A DNA stretch of 64,000 nt from Promethearchaeota archaeon. Its GTDB lineage: Archaea > Asgardarchaeota > Lokiarchaeia > Sigyniarchaeales > SOKP01. The notes below the pieces were generated by a model. It was not told the DNA's origin. It saw nothing but the letters and a program-made list of their open reading frames with translations, and did not search any database. Shown one piece after another: positions 50,840-61,342 of the stretch (its first letter is position 1; each line of letters opens with the position of its first letter). The translations under genes and the position numbers were made by a program. The stretch covers positions 1 through 64,000 of the forward strand of contig JBHLOC010000019.1 in NCBI GenBank assembly GCA_048940925.1, read 5' to 3'.

Positions 50840-51886
50840 GTGAATTCTATGAAATCTGTGGAAGTAGCGGGAGTTGAATATGAAATTCAAAATGGGTTTC
50901 TCGATTTAGGTTTATTAGGTATAAAAAATATTACTGAAATAATAGGTTTATCAAAGCTTAAAGGTCTCAAAAACTTAGAACTCAGTTCAAATGACATAAC
51001 CTATATCAACGGGTTAGAGGATCTTACAGAATTAGAAATCCTCAATCTAGGTAGTAATAACATAATTGAAATAAAGGGATTTGATTCTTTAGTTAATCTA
51101 AAAATTTTACATTTAATAACCAATCAAATAAAAGACATTAAAGGATTAGAAAACTTAATTAACTTAAAAGAATTGTATCTTAGGGGAAATCAAATAAAAG
51201 AAATAAGAGGATTGGAAAATCTTAATTCTCTTGAACGATTAGATTTATCTTGGAATGAAATTTCAGAAATTAAGGGACTTGAAAGCCTAGTAAATCTTAA
51301 AGTTCTATGGATCGCAAGTAATCAAGTACTTAATATAAATAATTTGGAACACTTGGAAAAATTAGAAGTATTAAATCTTGCTGGAAATCAAATTTCTAAA
51401 TTAGAAGGGTTAGAAAATCTAAAAAATTTAAAGAGTCTTTATCTAAATAATAATTCAATTCAAGAAGTAGAAGGTTTAGATTCTTTAAATAATTTAGAAA
51501 CATTATGGTTGAATACAAATCACCTATCGGATATTAAAGGATTAGAGAATTGTATAAAATTGAAAATTTTAAATTTAAAACAAAACAACATAAAACATAT
51601 TAAAGGATTATATCCACTGACAGAATTAGAAAATCTATTTCTTTCTGAAAATAATATCGGTGAGATAAAAGGTCTTGAAACTTTAACAAAATTAGAAACA
51701 CTTGATTTAAATCAAAACCGTATTATACAGATAAAGGGTTTAGAATCTTTACTAAACTTAAAAGATTTATGGCTTAAGGATAATTTAATTCCAGAAAAGA
51801 TTTTAGACCAGTTGGGAGGATTAGATTCAGGGGGATGTGCGATTGATCCCCTTAAATTTGTCCAATATTGTCTTGTAAATCTATAA
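50840..51886 (+). CDS. Leucine-rich repeat protein (22-aa SDS22/internalin-like repeats)
   Basis: About 12 LxxLxxLxLxxNxIxxIxGL repeats. Confidence 0.95.
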   Translation: MNSMKSVEVAGVEYEIQNGFLDLGLLGIKNITEIIGLSKLKGLKNLELSSNDITYINGLEDLTELEILNLGSNNIIEIKGFDSLVNLKILHLITNQIKDIKGLENLINLKELYLRGNQIKEIRGLENLNSLERLDLSWNEISEIKGLESLVNLKVLWIASNQVLNINNLEHLEKLEVLNLAGNQISKLEGLENLKNLKSLYLNNNSIQEVEGLDSLNNLETLWLNTNHLSDIKGLENCIKLKILNLKQNNIKHIKGLYPLTELENLFLSENNIGEIKGLETLTKLETLDLNQNRIIQIKGLESLLNLKDLWLKDNLIPEKILDQLGGLDSGGCAIDPLKFVQYCLVNL

Positions 51887-52049
51887 TTTTAATAGTGAGA
51901 CAACATTTTTTTAGTTTTTATTATATTCCGCTTCAGTAATAATTTTATTTCCAAACTCTTACGATTTTTAAAAAGTTATATATTTTATTTTAAAAAATAC
52001 ATTAATTAGATCAATTTAAAATTAGTTTTCTTTAAAAAGGTAAAAACTG

Positions 52050-53300
52050 ATGAAACTAAATGCTTTTGATGTGGCTAGAAAGCAAATTGATATTGTAGCT
52101 GAAGAAATAGGATTAGATCCCAATATCACAAAATATATCAAGAGAGTAGAGCGATCATTAATAGTTACTATTCCAATTGTTATGGATGATGGGAGACTTG
52201 AGATTTTCGAAGGATATCGTGTTCATCATTCAACTGTTAGAGGGCCTGGAAAAGGAGGTATGAGATTTTCCCCAGAAGTCACATTAGATGAGGTTAAAGC
52301 TTTAGCTACATGGATGACATGGAAATGTAGTCTTTTGAATTTGCCCTTAGGTGGTGCTAAGGGAGGTGTTTGTGTAGATCCTAGAAAATTATCAAGAAAC
52401 GAAATAGAACGCCTTACAAGACGATATACTTCTGAGATAATTAATATCATAGGACCTGATATTGATATTCCAGCTCCAGATGTGAATACTAATGCTCAAG
52501 TAATGGCCTGGATGATGGATACATATAGTATGAACAAAGGAAGGTCTATCCCAGGAGTTGTAACTGGAAAACCTATAGAAATAGGAGGATCAGTCGGAAG
52601 GGATTCAGCAACAGGAATGGGATTATTTTATGTGTTAAACGCTATGTGTGAAAAAATAAAAATCGATTTAAAAACCCAATCAATAATTATTCAAGGGTTT
52701 GGTAATGTGGGGGGATGGATTGCACATATATTATTTGAATATGGGTGCAAAATATTAGCAGTATCAGATATTTCAGGGGGATTATATTGTTCAGATGGAT
52801 TAGAAATAGAAAAATTATTAGAATGGACTCAACATGGCAAATATTTAAAAGATTATAAAGATAAGAGATATAAACTAATTACAAATGAAGAATTACTTAC
52901 AAGTGAATGTGATGTTTTAATCCCTGCTGCTCTTGAAAATCAAATTACGAGAGATAATGCAATAGATATAAAATGTAAAATTGTATTAGAAGGAGCTAAT
53001 GGTCCAACCACACCAGAAGCAGATAAGATTCTCTTTGATAAGGGTACACATATCCTTCCTGATATCTTAGCTAACGCCGGTGGTGTTTGTGTATCTTATT
53101 TCGAATATGTCCAAGATATTCGCGCCTACTTTTGGGATTTAGATAGAATTAATAAAGAATTGAAAAAAATTATTATCAGGGCATTTGAAGAGGTATATAC
53201 ACTTTCAAAACAAAGAAATATTTCACTTCGTACAGCTGCATATGTTATTGCTGTAACAAGAATCGCAAAAGCAATTGAGTTAAGAGGATTCTTTCCTTAA
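52050..53300 (+). CDS. gdhA: Glutamate dehydrogenase
   Basis: GPGKGG, GGAKGG, DIPAPDV, TGKP, QGFGNVG, EGANGP, NAGGV..SYFE. Confidence 0.97.
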   Translation: MKLNAFDVARKQIDIVAEEIGLDPNITKYIKRVERSLIVTIPIVMDDGRLEIFEGYRVHHSTVRGPGKGGMRFSPEVTLDEVKALATWMTWKCSLLNLPLGGAKGGVCVDPRKLSRNEIERLTRRYTSEIINIIGPDIDIPAPDVNTNAQVMAWMMDTYSMNKGRSIPGVVTGKPIEIGGSVGRDSATGMGLFYVLNAMCEKIKIDLKTQSIIIQGFGNVGGWIAHILFEYGCKILAVSDISGGLYCSDGLEIEKLLEWTQHGKYLKDYKDKRYKLITNEELLTSECDVLIPAALENQITRDNAIDIKCKIVLEGANGPTTPEADKILFDKGTHILPDILANAGGVCVSYFEYVQDIRAYFWDLDRINKELKKIIIRAFEEVYTLSKQRNISLRTAAYVIAVTRIAKAIELRGFFP

Positions 53301-53422
53301 AACAGAATTTTTATACAATAATTTAAAAAAAAGTTTTTAAAGAATTAATCTAAATCCATATTAATTTTAATTTGTAAACAATTAAAGTCAATGGAAAAGA
53401 GCATACGAGGTTTAATCTTAAA

Positions 53423-53791
53423 ATGATATTTGCTTGGTGGGATTTAGGTTTAGGTATAACTGGACTTATCATATTTATTATACTTGTTATTGTTATTTCG
53501 CTAATTTTTGAAACTATATTTCTGAAAATTTCATTGAGTTTATTTAAAGCAAAGCATACGGATTTTGGAGAAGTATTTGTAACAGCATTAATTAATGCTT
53601 TGCTTGGTTGGATCCCATGTATCGGATGTATTTTAAGTTGGGTAGTTATTAATTCACGACATGATACTGGATTTGGAACAGCAATAGTTGTATGGCTTCT
53701 AGCGATTATAATAGGATTAGTCATTACGGTCCTTATATTAATAGCCATTCTAGGTCTATTTGGTATAGCTTTAACTTTACCTTGGCCTTAA
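53423..53791 (+). CDS. Small multi-TM membrane protein
   Basis: Highly hydrophobic 122 aa; WIPCIG. Confidence 0.75.
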   Translation: MIFAWWDLGLGITGLIIFIILVIVISLIFETIFLKISLSLFKAKHTDFGEVFVTALINALLGWIPCIGCILSWVVINSRHDTGFGTAIVVWLLAIIIGLVITVLILIAILGLFGIALTLPWP

Positions 53792-53853
53792 ATAAATTAA
53801 TAAATAAATTTTTTATCTTTCTTTTAATTTTATTTTTTTTATCAACAATGATA

Positions 53854-54474
53854 TTATGAATTCCTCTCATTTTTTTTCGACAGGTCAAATAAATTTGGAA
53901 GATTATTAGCCTTACAATATTCAAAAAGTAATTTGAATCCTGGGCAATTCTCCCAATCAAGTGAAAATTCACATTTTTTACAAGTCCTATATAAGCTAAA
54001 TGCATGATAAGCATTCACTAAAGCTAATGCTATGCCAAATATAAGAAAAAATAATAAAAAATTAATAAAGAAATGATTCGGTAATGTAAAAATCCACCAA
54101 AATAAAAAGGCTCCTCCAAGATTGAACAAAATCTTTTGAACAATTTTTATAACTTTGATCCTTGTAAATTTTAGAGGGCTAAGAAGGAAAGTGGACATTA
54201 AAATTATACCTGTAGTAAACAGTAGGGTTGATCCCATAACACTGATCAGATTTAAAAAGAAAATTAAAAGAACTCCCATTATAGCAACTGGATATCCAAT
54301 AAAACATCCAATACAAAAGCGATATTTTCCAATTTTAAAAGTATGTTCTTTAAATTCTTTACAATTTGGGTGATGGCTTAAAATAATTGGCTTAAGACTT
54401 CGTATATACAAAATAAGTTTTTGTATTAATCTAATGTTATTATTTTTATTAGAATTTAAATTTAGATCCGACAA
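53854..54474 (-). CDS. Cys/His-containing membrane protein (DUF2085-like, tentative)
   Basis: LSHHP.C..H..IG.YRFCIGC, four TMs, CKKC..C. Confidence 0.65.
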   Translation of the reverse strand: MSDLNLNSNKNNNIRLIQKLILYIRSLKPIILSHHPNCKEFKEHTFKIGKYRFCIGCFIGYPVAIMGVLLIFFLNLISVMGSTLLFTTGIILMSTFLLSPLKFTRIKVIKIVQKILFNLGGAFLFWWIFTLPNHFFINFLLFFLIFGIALALVNAYHAFSLYRTCKKCEFSLDWENCPGFKLLFEYCKANNLPNLFDLSKKNERNS

Positions 54475-54623
54475 ATTTTAATCATCAATTATTTTTAAAT
54501 TAAACTTTTTATGAGAGTTACTCGTCCTAAGGGTTGAATTAATATTATATTATAACATTTAAGTCATTAAAAGGTTTTAATATAAAAAAAAAAAAAGAAT
54601 GAAAATAAGTTTTAATATATTTT

Positions 54624-55709
54624 TTAACTACTCTTCCCATCTATATTTATATTTCCTGTTGTAGTCTCCAAATCAAGGGTGTAAGTATAATTAGCACTAC
54701 TATAATCAAGAGAACGAAATGCAGTAGTTCCTATAACTTCAAATCCTCCTGAGTTAGAAGGTTTAAAACTTCCTGTTGTCATAGTGCCTGAAAATGAAGC
54801 ACCTACTGTGGATAGATTGTCTATATAATCTATATTTATATTGCCTGTAGTCACTTCCCAATTACCTTGAATATTTCCTCCCAGATCTACATTTTGAATA
54901 ATACTACAATGGATACTTCCTGTTGTTGTAGTGAGATCCCAGGTTGAATCACCAGTTATTCTGGTATTATAAGAATTAAAATATAAATTACCAGTGGTTA
55001 CCTCTCCATCTATTTTACCTCCAAGTAAACAACTAGATAGATTCAATCTTAGATTACCTGTAGTAGCCTCCGCAATTATACCTGATGTTAAATTAACTTT
55101 TTTAGCGTAAATACTTGGATTACCTGTTGTAGCTTCAACTTGAAAATTCCCAATCGATAGTTCTTCTAAAGATGTTATTGAATTTCCAGTAGTTGTTTCA
55201 ATATATAGAGAATCAACATCTGAGTTTTTAGGAATTGTGGTTACAACATTCCCTGTAGTAGCATATATTTCAAGTGCATATTTAATATCAGATCTAAGCG
55301 TTACCTCAATTTCGATTTGTTTTACTGAAAACCACGTAGAAGGATCAATCCAAAGATCTCGTTTAGTTCTTAAATAAAAAACTGTTTTGTCGTCAGAAGT
55401 TAAATTGTGCCATTCAATTGTAAAAAAATCCGAAAATGACTTTTCTATCATGTAAGTTCCCTTAACTTTAACTTCATAATCAATTTTAGCTAAATAAGGG
55501 GTTGCAGAAGTGTTATAATTAATATCAATATTTCCTACATCTGTCCGTATAACAATAGGTTCTGGATCTGAAGCCGTTGTGGGCTGATAATAACGAGTGC
55601 CAGATGATTCTATTGTTCCTTGAGTAAGAAAACCAATTAAGAAAAAAGTTCCTAATGCTCCGACAATTATAACTGCTAGAACAATTCCAATAACTTTACC
55701 TTTTCCCAT
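54624..55709 (-). CDS. Membrane-anchored DUF4097-type beta-strand repeat (adhesin-like) protein
   Basis: N-terminal TM; repeated xTTGN/S motifs. Confidence 0.8.
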   Translation of the reverse strand: MGKGKVIGIVLAVIIVGALGTFFLIGFLTQGTIESSGTRYYQPTTASDPEPIVIRTDVGNIDINYNTSATPYLAKIDYEVKVKGTYMIEKSFSDFFTIEWHNLTSDDKTVFYLRTKRDLWIDPSTWFSVKQIEIEVTLRSDIKYALEIYATTGNVVTTIPKNSDVDSLYIETTTGNSITSLEELSIGNFQVEATTGNPSIYAKKVNLTSGIIAEATTGNLRLNLSSCLLGGKIDGEVTTGNLYFNSYNTRITGDSTWDLTTTTGSIHCSIIQNVDLGGNIQGNWEVTTGNINIDYIDNLSTVGASFSGTMTTGSFKPSNSGGFEVIGTTAFRSLDYSSANYTYTLDLETTTGNINIDGKSS

Positions 55710-55818
55710 TTTTCTAAATCACTTTTTTTTATAGATTTATTTATATAAATATTTCTATTCATATATAAAACAAATTTAGTCTAATTTTTGTAAAATAGAA
55801 AAAATTAAAAGATTCCTT

Positions 55819-56331
55819 TTATAATTTATTGATTATTGATCGAGCAAAATTTTTAGCATTTTCAAGGTCTTCTTCATTAGGTCTTCCTTTAAGCCATTTT
55901 TTGTGTTCTTCAGCTTCTTTTCGCTTCTCAGGTGGTATCCTTTCTAACATTGCTTTTTGAATTTCTTCAGATATACCAATATTATCTCCACAACAATCAA
56001 ACTCTGCTATTATACTTGAAGAATCCCCAATCTTTCTTTTCACTACTTTAAATCCATCCTGGTAACCCACTTTACTCGCATGAGTATTAAAAAATACAAA
56101 TTTGGATGGTAATTCTTGAGCAGCAACTATTAAATCTGAAAGTGATTTGTGCACTCGACTAGCATAAATACCTGATCCTAGAAACACGAGATCATATAAC
56201 TTTAATTTAGTTGGTTCAATTTCATTAACAGGAAGGAGATCTACTTGATGTCCTGTTATACCCTTTTTTATAGCTTTAGCAATTTTCTCTGTATTACCTG
56301 TTTGGGAGAAATATGATACTAAAATTTTCAT
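55819..56331 (-). CDS. Flavodoxin family protein
   Basis: YFSQTGNTEKIA, YDLVFLGS, RPNEEDLENAKNF. Confidence 0.9.
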   Translation of the reverse strand: MKILVSYFSQTGNTEKIAKAIKKGITGHQVDLLPVNEIEPTKLKLYDLVFLGSGIYASRVHKSLSDLIVAAQELPSKFVFFNTHASKVGYQDGFKVVKRKIGDSSSIIAEFDCCGDNIGISEEIQKAMLERIPPEKRKEAEEHKKWLKGRPNEEDLENAKNFARSIINKL

Positions 56332-56404
56332 TAATTACACCTTTTCAGGTTTTTTATACAAAATTAGTTTAAGTAATTGAAAATAAAATTTCTTTTTAAT
56401 ATTT

Positions 56405-57319
56405 TTAATACGTTATTTTTAAACTAAAAAATTTTTTAGCATTTTCAACTGTTATTTCACTTACCTGTCTTTGAGATATTTTATGAGAAAAAGCAATAGC
56501 TGCTATGCCATACCTTACATTAGAAGGGACATTTATAGGTCCTCTTTTATATGGATGTTGATAATATGCATCTGTTTCCGTAACAAGCGATTCCAATTTA
56601 GAGAATCTTGATGCCTTGCGCCATCGGTCAAATCCATAAGCAGAACTTGGCACAGAAAGCATAAAACCTTGATTAGATAATGTTTTACTATATTCCTCCG
56701 GTCCTGAAAAACAGTGCCATAAGACTCTTTTAGGACTTATATTATATTCTTTTAAAATTCTGAGAATTTCTTTATTAGCCCCATCTTTTTTATTGAATCT
56801 ATGTTTTGGATTTTGTCTATCAAATTCATGTTCAGCAGCATTTCTTACATGCAAAATATAAGGCTTATCAAGGTTTTTTGTTAGATCTAGTATTTGCCTA
56901 AAAACATCCACTTGATGGTTTCTCTTAGCTAGTGTTTTTGCATGATGAAAATCTAATCCGATTTCTCCTATTCCTAAATATTCATCTGAGTTATTTAAGA
57001 TAAAATTAATCCAGTTTTGCCATTCTGACTCATATTTGTTTTTAGGAGTATAAGTTACCGTCTGAGGGGCCCAGCCACATGTAAACCCGAAACCGAAATT
57101 ATTTTCAAGATTTTTAATAAAACTTTGAGTAAGTTTTAACGTATGAATATCTATTGTGCTTGTAATCAGGTATTGACCACCCATTTTAAAAAAATTCTTA
57201 TACTGTTCCCTATCTGAAGGTAAGTGATCATTTTTAGGTCGTGGAAAAGGTAAGTGACAATGAACGTCAATAAAATGGAGTCCTTCCTCAGGTTCAGGAA
57301 CAATAATCTTTCTCGGCAT
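56405..57319 (-). CDS. tatD: TatD family metal-dependent hydrolase/nuclease
   Basis: DVHCH, GEIGLD, LHVR, HCFSG, ETD. Confidence 0.92.
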   Translation of the reverse strand: MPRKIIVPEPEEGLHFIDVHCHLPFPRPKNDHLPSDREQYKNFFKMGGQYLITSTIDIHTLKLTQSFIKNLENNFGFGFTCGWAPQTVTYTPKNKYESEWQNWINFILNNSDEYLGIGEIGLDFHHAKTLAKRNHQVDVFRQILDLTKNLDKPYILHVRNAAEHEFDRQNPKHRFNKKDGANKEILRILKEYNISPKRVLWHCFSGPEEYSKTLSNQGFMLSVPSSAYGFDRWRKASRFSKLESLVTETDAYYQHPYKRGPINVPSNVRYGIAAIAFSHKISQRQVSEITVENAKKFFSLKITY

Positions 57320-57440
57320 ATTAATCTATTACAATATTCCAGCTATCTTTAATATTTGAAAATAAACTTACGATCTATTTTTTTTAATCTTGTATGGCTT
57401 ATAATAATTCTTTAAATAAAGCCTTTTATTTAAGAGTATT

Positions 57441-57854
57441 ATGATTGATCAACTAAACTCTAAACTTGAAGATTTAGAATTAAAAAAGCAAGATATAAAG
57501 CCTAAGATTGATGAGATTAATGCTAGAAGGGAAAAAGAACTCCAAGATGTAAATAAAAAATATGACCACTTGATTTCTGAAATTAGTTTTGAGATTGAAA
57601 AATTAGAGAATGATCTTAATAATGAACTAATTCAATCTTTTGAGGAAGCAATAATGCAAGAATTTGATGCTAAGAGAAGTAATTCAATGTATGAAGTTAC
57701 TTCTGTATTTAAAGAATATCGAAACTCAATAACTAAATTTAGTATGTTTCCTAAAGAATTACTTGAGAAGTTAGATAAAATAATAGAAGGTGATCTTATA
57801 GATAATCTTGCTTATAATCTTGAAAATATCAAAGCAAAATATATGAAATCCTAA
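57441..57854 (+). CDS. Hypothetical coiled-coil protein
   Basis: Heptad-rich 137-aa ORF. Confidence 0.7.
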   Translation: MIDQLNSKLEDLELKKQDIKPKIDEINARREKELQDVNKKYDHLISEISFEIEKLENDLNNELIQSFEEAIMQEFDAKRSNSMYEVTSVFKEYRNSITKFSMFPKELLEKLDKIIEGDLIDNLAYNLENIKAKYMKS

Positions 57855-57989
57855 ACTTCTCAGTCTTATATTTAAAGATACTATTAAAAGATAGTACTAG
57901 TTTTATTTTAACTAAAAGATTATAAATAGTGGATATTCGAATATGATGATAATTGTGGTCTGAGTAAAAATCAATCAATTTTTTCCGTG

Positions 57990-58248
57990 ATTTTGGAGCA
58001 GAGATCTGAATTCGAATATCCTAAATATTATCTCGATATTACACTGATAAATATGTTGTATTGAATCTCTTGGAATATAGGAAAATAGATGAGGTAATAA
58101 CAAATTGGAACTTTTTGAAGAAGAAGTTGAGATATATAATTCTAAATTACGAGCTCTAAACTGGCTGTACAATGAACTAAAGCTCCAACCAGATAGTCTA
58201 AGAGAAATTATTAATGAAATGGGTCAGAAATTACCAATTAATCTTTAG
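57990..58248 (+). pseudogene. Probable degraded gene remnant
   Basis: Protein-like tail NNKLELFEEEVEIYNSKLRALNWLYNELKLQPDSLREIINEMGQKLPINL* preceded by several stops. Confidence 0.35.
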
Positions 58249-58255
58249 AATACAA

Positions 58256-58819
58256 TTAATTCTTCTTAAAGTACATCTTAATTACTACTCTTATTATTTC
58301 TTCGATCTTTTTAAGACAAATAGAGAATTCTAAATTCTGAGGTATATGAATAAAAACTACGGGATATTTATTCTTAGCGAAAATAAGTGCCCAGTAATAA
58401 ATATAATTACACATATAAGTTCCTGCAAAATAGGATATTGAAACATTTGTCTTATCCTTAAGATTAAAATACAATTCATTTACATCTAAAATGGTTTTTT
58501 TGTAAAGTGGAAATCTCCACCTAATGAACCCAAATTTAACTTTTCTCTCGACATCTTTACCAAATACTACATTCCAACCATACTTTTCTATATTTATACG
58601 ACTTTCCGAATGAATACCTAACAAAAACACTAACTCAAGTTGTGAACTTAACATTTCAATCGTGTGTCTATAATATTCTTTACTCTTCTTCCAACTAACA
58701 GGTAATATCCTTTTTATTATATTGTAATTGTTGATTTCTGACGCAATTTTTCTTGTAATTTCACAGCTAAGATTTTTTGTAATATTTCCAAATGGCCCAA
58801 AACCAGTTAATAATATCAA
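58256..58819 (-). CDS. pcp: Pyroglutamyl-peptidase I (C15 family)
   Basis: LLTGFGPF, LPVSW, AGTYMCNY, FIHIP. Confidence 0.88.
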   Translation of the reverse strand: MILLTGFGPFGNITKNLSCEITRKIASEINNYNIIKRILPVSWKKSKEYYRHTIEMLSSQLELVFLLGIHSESRINIEKYGWNVVFGKDVERKVKFGFIRWRFPLYKKTILDVNELYFNLKDKTNVSISYFAGTYMCNYIYYWALIFAKNKYPVVFIHIPQNLEFSICLKKIEEIIRVVIKMYFKKN

Positions 58820-58900
58820 TAGTTAAGCCCAAAATATCATTTATTCAAAAAATTAAGAATTTAATAAATAAAAAAAAAAATACTGTAGGAATTAAAGAGC

Positions 58901-59338
58901 TTATTCTTCTGCTGCTCTCGCAGCTTCAGCTGCTGCTCTTGCCTTTTCTTTTTCTATAGCATTTAATTGCTTTTGTAAGGATTTAATTTCTACTTGCACT
59001 TCTTTAATTTTTGTCTTCTTTTCTCCGGTAATTTCTTTTAATTTTAGGTTTAATGCTTTTTCTTTCTCCTTTTTAAGAGTAGAAAGTTCTTTACTTGCTT
59101 CTTTAGCAGCAGTTGTTTTTGCTTTCTTTTTCGCTGTCCAATCTGCTGCTTTTTCTATAGCTTCATCTCGTAGAGACTCTTCTTCTGCTAATTTGGCTTC
59201 AGCAGCATCAATTTTTGGATTAAATTCTCCTTCAATTTCCGTTTCTGCTGATGCTTCCTTCTTTGAAGCATCCTCTTCAATTCGAGTTATTTCATCTTCT
59301 TTGGCACTAATTTGGCCTCTAATATTTTCTTCAGACAT
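58901..59338 (-). CDS. E/K/A-rich coiled-coil protein
   Basis: Low-complexity all-helical 145-aa ORF. Confidence 0.8.
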   Translation of the reverse strand: MSEENIRGQISAKEDEITRIEEDASKKEASAETEIEGEFNPKIDAAEAKLAEEESLRDEAIEKAADWTAKKKAKTTAAKEASKELSTLKKEKEKALNLKLKEITGEKKTKIKEVQVEIKSLQKQLNAIEKEKARAAAEAARAAEE

Positions 59339-59602
59339 AAAACATCAGTTTTAATTAATCTTTATAATTAATTTTTTTTTTTTTTGATATTTTTGTAAAT
59401 TATTTAGTTATTATAAATTATTGGCTTGTTATAGTTGATTTAAGATAGGCATCTTTTTAAACTTTCTTTCCCCCACTTTTTGAGAGTTTTCTATGTTTTC
59501 TATTCTCAGCTACTCCAAACTAATTTTACTCTGATCCTCAAATTTGGCGAGATCCAAACTAATTCGTATTGATTTCAACATGAACCATTCCTATGAATAG
59601 GA

Positions 59603-60153
59603 TTATACATTTTGTTTAATCGTAAATTCCCAAGCACACCAATAATTATCAGGGTGAGGATCTGGAGGACAGGCTATACATTTTGTTTTAATTCTTGGGT
59701 CAATCGTTTTGGCAAAAAGGCCATACTCTATTATACCCACTTGCTTACAAGGAAAGTCTAGGAGTCCCCTTCGTTTTCTAGCAGATTGTACTCGGCAGTT
59801 ATTCATTCTAAAAACACATTTTTTCTCTGTAACTTCAATGGTCTCTTGAATATTTATATTAGCATATATTCTATATTTTAATGCTTTAATTAAAGCGGGA
59901 ATTCCTCCATTTTCAGGAATATTAAATCGTTGCATAATTCTTTTAGCTTCTATTACAGTGAATCTCTTCCATTGTTTTACATCTAATTCAATAGCTTTAT
60001 CAAGGCCATATTCTGATTCAACAACCTGAAACCAGGTTATAGGTTTAAAGGACTTCTTTAAAACTTTCCATCTATGGCTAGCCAGTTTTTAGAGATATCT
60101 TCAATATAATTCAATAATTCTTCCTTTGATAAATTTAACAAATCTTCTCTCAT
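59603..60153 (-). CDS. DUF6125-like protein, 173 aa when spliced: exon 1 60153-60066, exon 2 60036-59603
   Basis: Exon 1 MREDLLNLSKEELLNYIEDISKNWLAIDG joins exon 2 (T)WFQVVESEYGLDKAIELD..EAKRI..CRVQSARKRRGL..FPCK..CIACPPD..WCAWEF. Confidence 0.88.
60037..60065 (-). other. Putative 29-nt bulge-helix-bulge intron in a protein-coding gene
   Basis: AGUUUUAAAGAAGUCCUUUAAACCUAUAA; central helix AUGG/CUAU, bulges AAA and AAC; removal restores the frame. Confidence 0.8.
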
Positions 60154-60156
60154 AAT

Positions 60157-61044
60157 TCAATTCGAATGTTTTATTTTTTTATGAAAATTTTTCATACTTT
60201 TTGTATTTAATCTCTGGTCATATGAAGAAAATCTTTTACGTTTTCTTTGAAGACTTTCAGAGTAATTATCAAGCAACTCATTAATGAGATTTCCACCTAT
60301 ATACATAATATAAGCACACCCCTTGTATATCTTATTTTTAACTTTAAAGAGAGATTCAACTTTTTTTGGATTATATTGTATTTTGAATTTGTGTTTTAAT
60401 TGTTTTAGGAACAATAAGCTAGCTGTGGTTATTCTAGTTGTATTAGCTGTTCCATCACCATCAAAAAATCCTAAAAGGAATGCTAAATATAGTGTTTTTA
60501 AATGAAATCTTGGCAATTTTATATGATAAGTTTTCCTTTTTCCTACGATCATTCCATGCCTGATTAAATGTTTGCAAAATCCATTTGAATTGATACTAAT
60601 TCTCCAAAAATTACGTTCCTTCCTTTTTCTAATATATTTATTTTCAAAACCAATGATTTTTGATAATTTTAATAAAAGAATTTTATCTTTTAATGAAAAA
60701 CCAATTTCAAAAGTTAATCGGTTATTAGATTTATAACTAATTGATCCATCAGCAAAAATAAGTCCTAAGAAATATGCTTTCTGCTTTGTATCAATATTTT
60801 CAAAATAATTAATCTTAATATTTGGATGATAAAAATAGATTTTATGATTTCTATCTCTAATTAAATGATTATCCTCATACAAATTAAACAATTTAAGAAC
60901 TTCTTGCGTTAAACATCGGTTTAATCTCAAATGTTGTTTCATTTTTGCTAAATCTTTCTTTGAAAAATAGTAATTAGGATTCTCTCTGCATATAGACATT
61001 TTATATTTAAAATAAGATTTATTTCGACTTACTAAAATTCCCAA
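60157..61044 (-). CDS. Free-standing two-motif LAGLIDADG homing-endonuclease-like protein
   Basis: YFLGLIFADGS and AFLLGFFDGDG; very basic; frame stays open upstream to 61158 without an ATG. Confidence 0.88.
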   Translation of the reverse strand: MGILVSRNKSYFKYKMSICRENPNYYFSKKDLAKMKQHLRLNRCLTQEVLKLFNLYEDNHLIRDRNHKIYFYHPNIKINYFENIDTKQKAYFLGLIFADGSISYKSNNRLTFEIGFSLKDKILLLKLSKIIGFENKYIRKRKERNFWRISINSNGFCKHLIRHGMIVGKRKTYHIKLPRFHLKTLYLAFLLGFFDGDGTANTTRITTASLLFLKQLKHKFKIQYNPKKVESLFKVKNKIYKGCAYIMYIGGNLINELLDNYSESLQRKRKRFSSYDQRLNTKSMKNFHKKIKHSN

Positions 61045-61342
61045 TTTGTTGTAAGAATATCGATTTCCATGTAATTTATATCCCTTTTCTCGATAATAAT
61101 TACCTATTATACACCTTAGAGTTTCAATAAAGGATAAAGTTTGATTTATTTTTCCCCTCTATTTTAGCTTAAAAATAGTAATTGAATCAATTTTAATAAA
61201 TACTATGAGAGACTTGAATTACAAATATAGACTGAAATTTCTTGAAAAGAGGAGTAGATACTTCTATTTGCATATTTTCTTTACATAAAATTAAATATCC
61301 GAGTTAAATTTAAATTAAAAGGAAAAATTTTAACTAGAGTTT

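Noticed and set aside
59500-59602. Repeat TCCAAACTAATT (twice) and hairpin TCCTAT-GA-ATAGGA downstream of the DUF6125-like gene
   Set aside because: Too short to assign a function; only two copies, not a CRISPR array.
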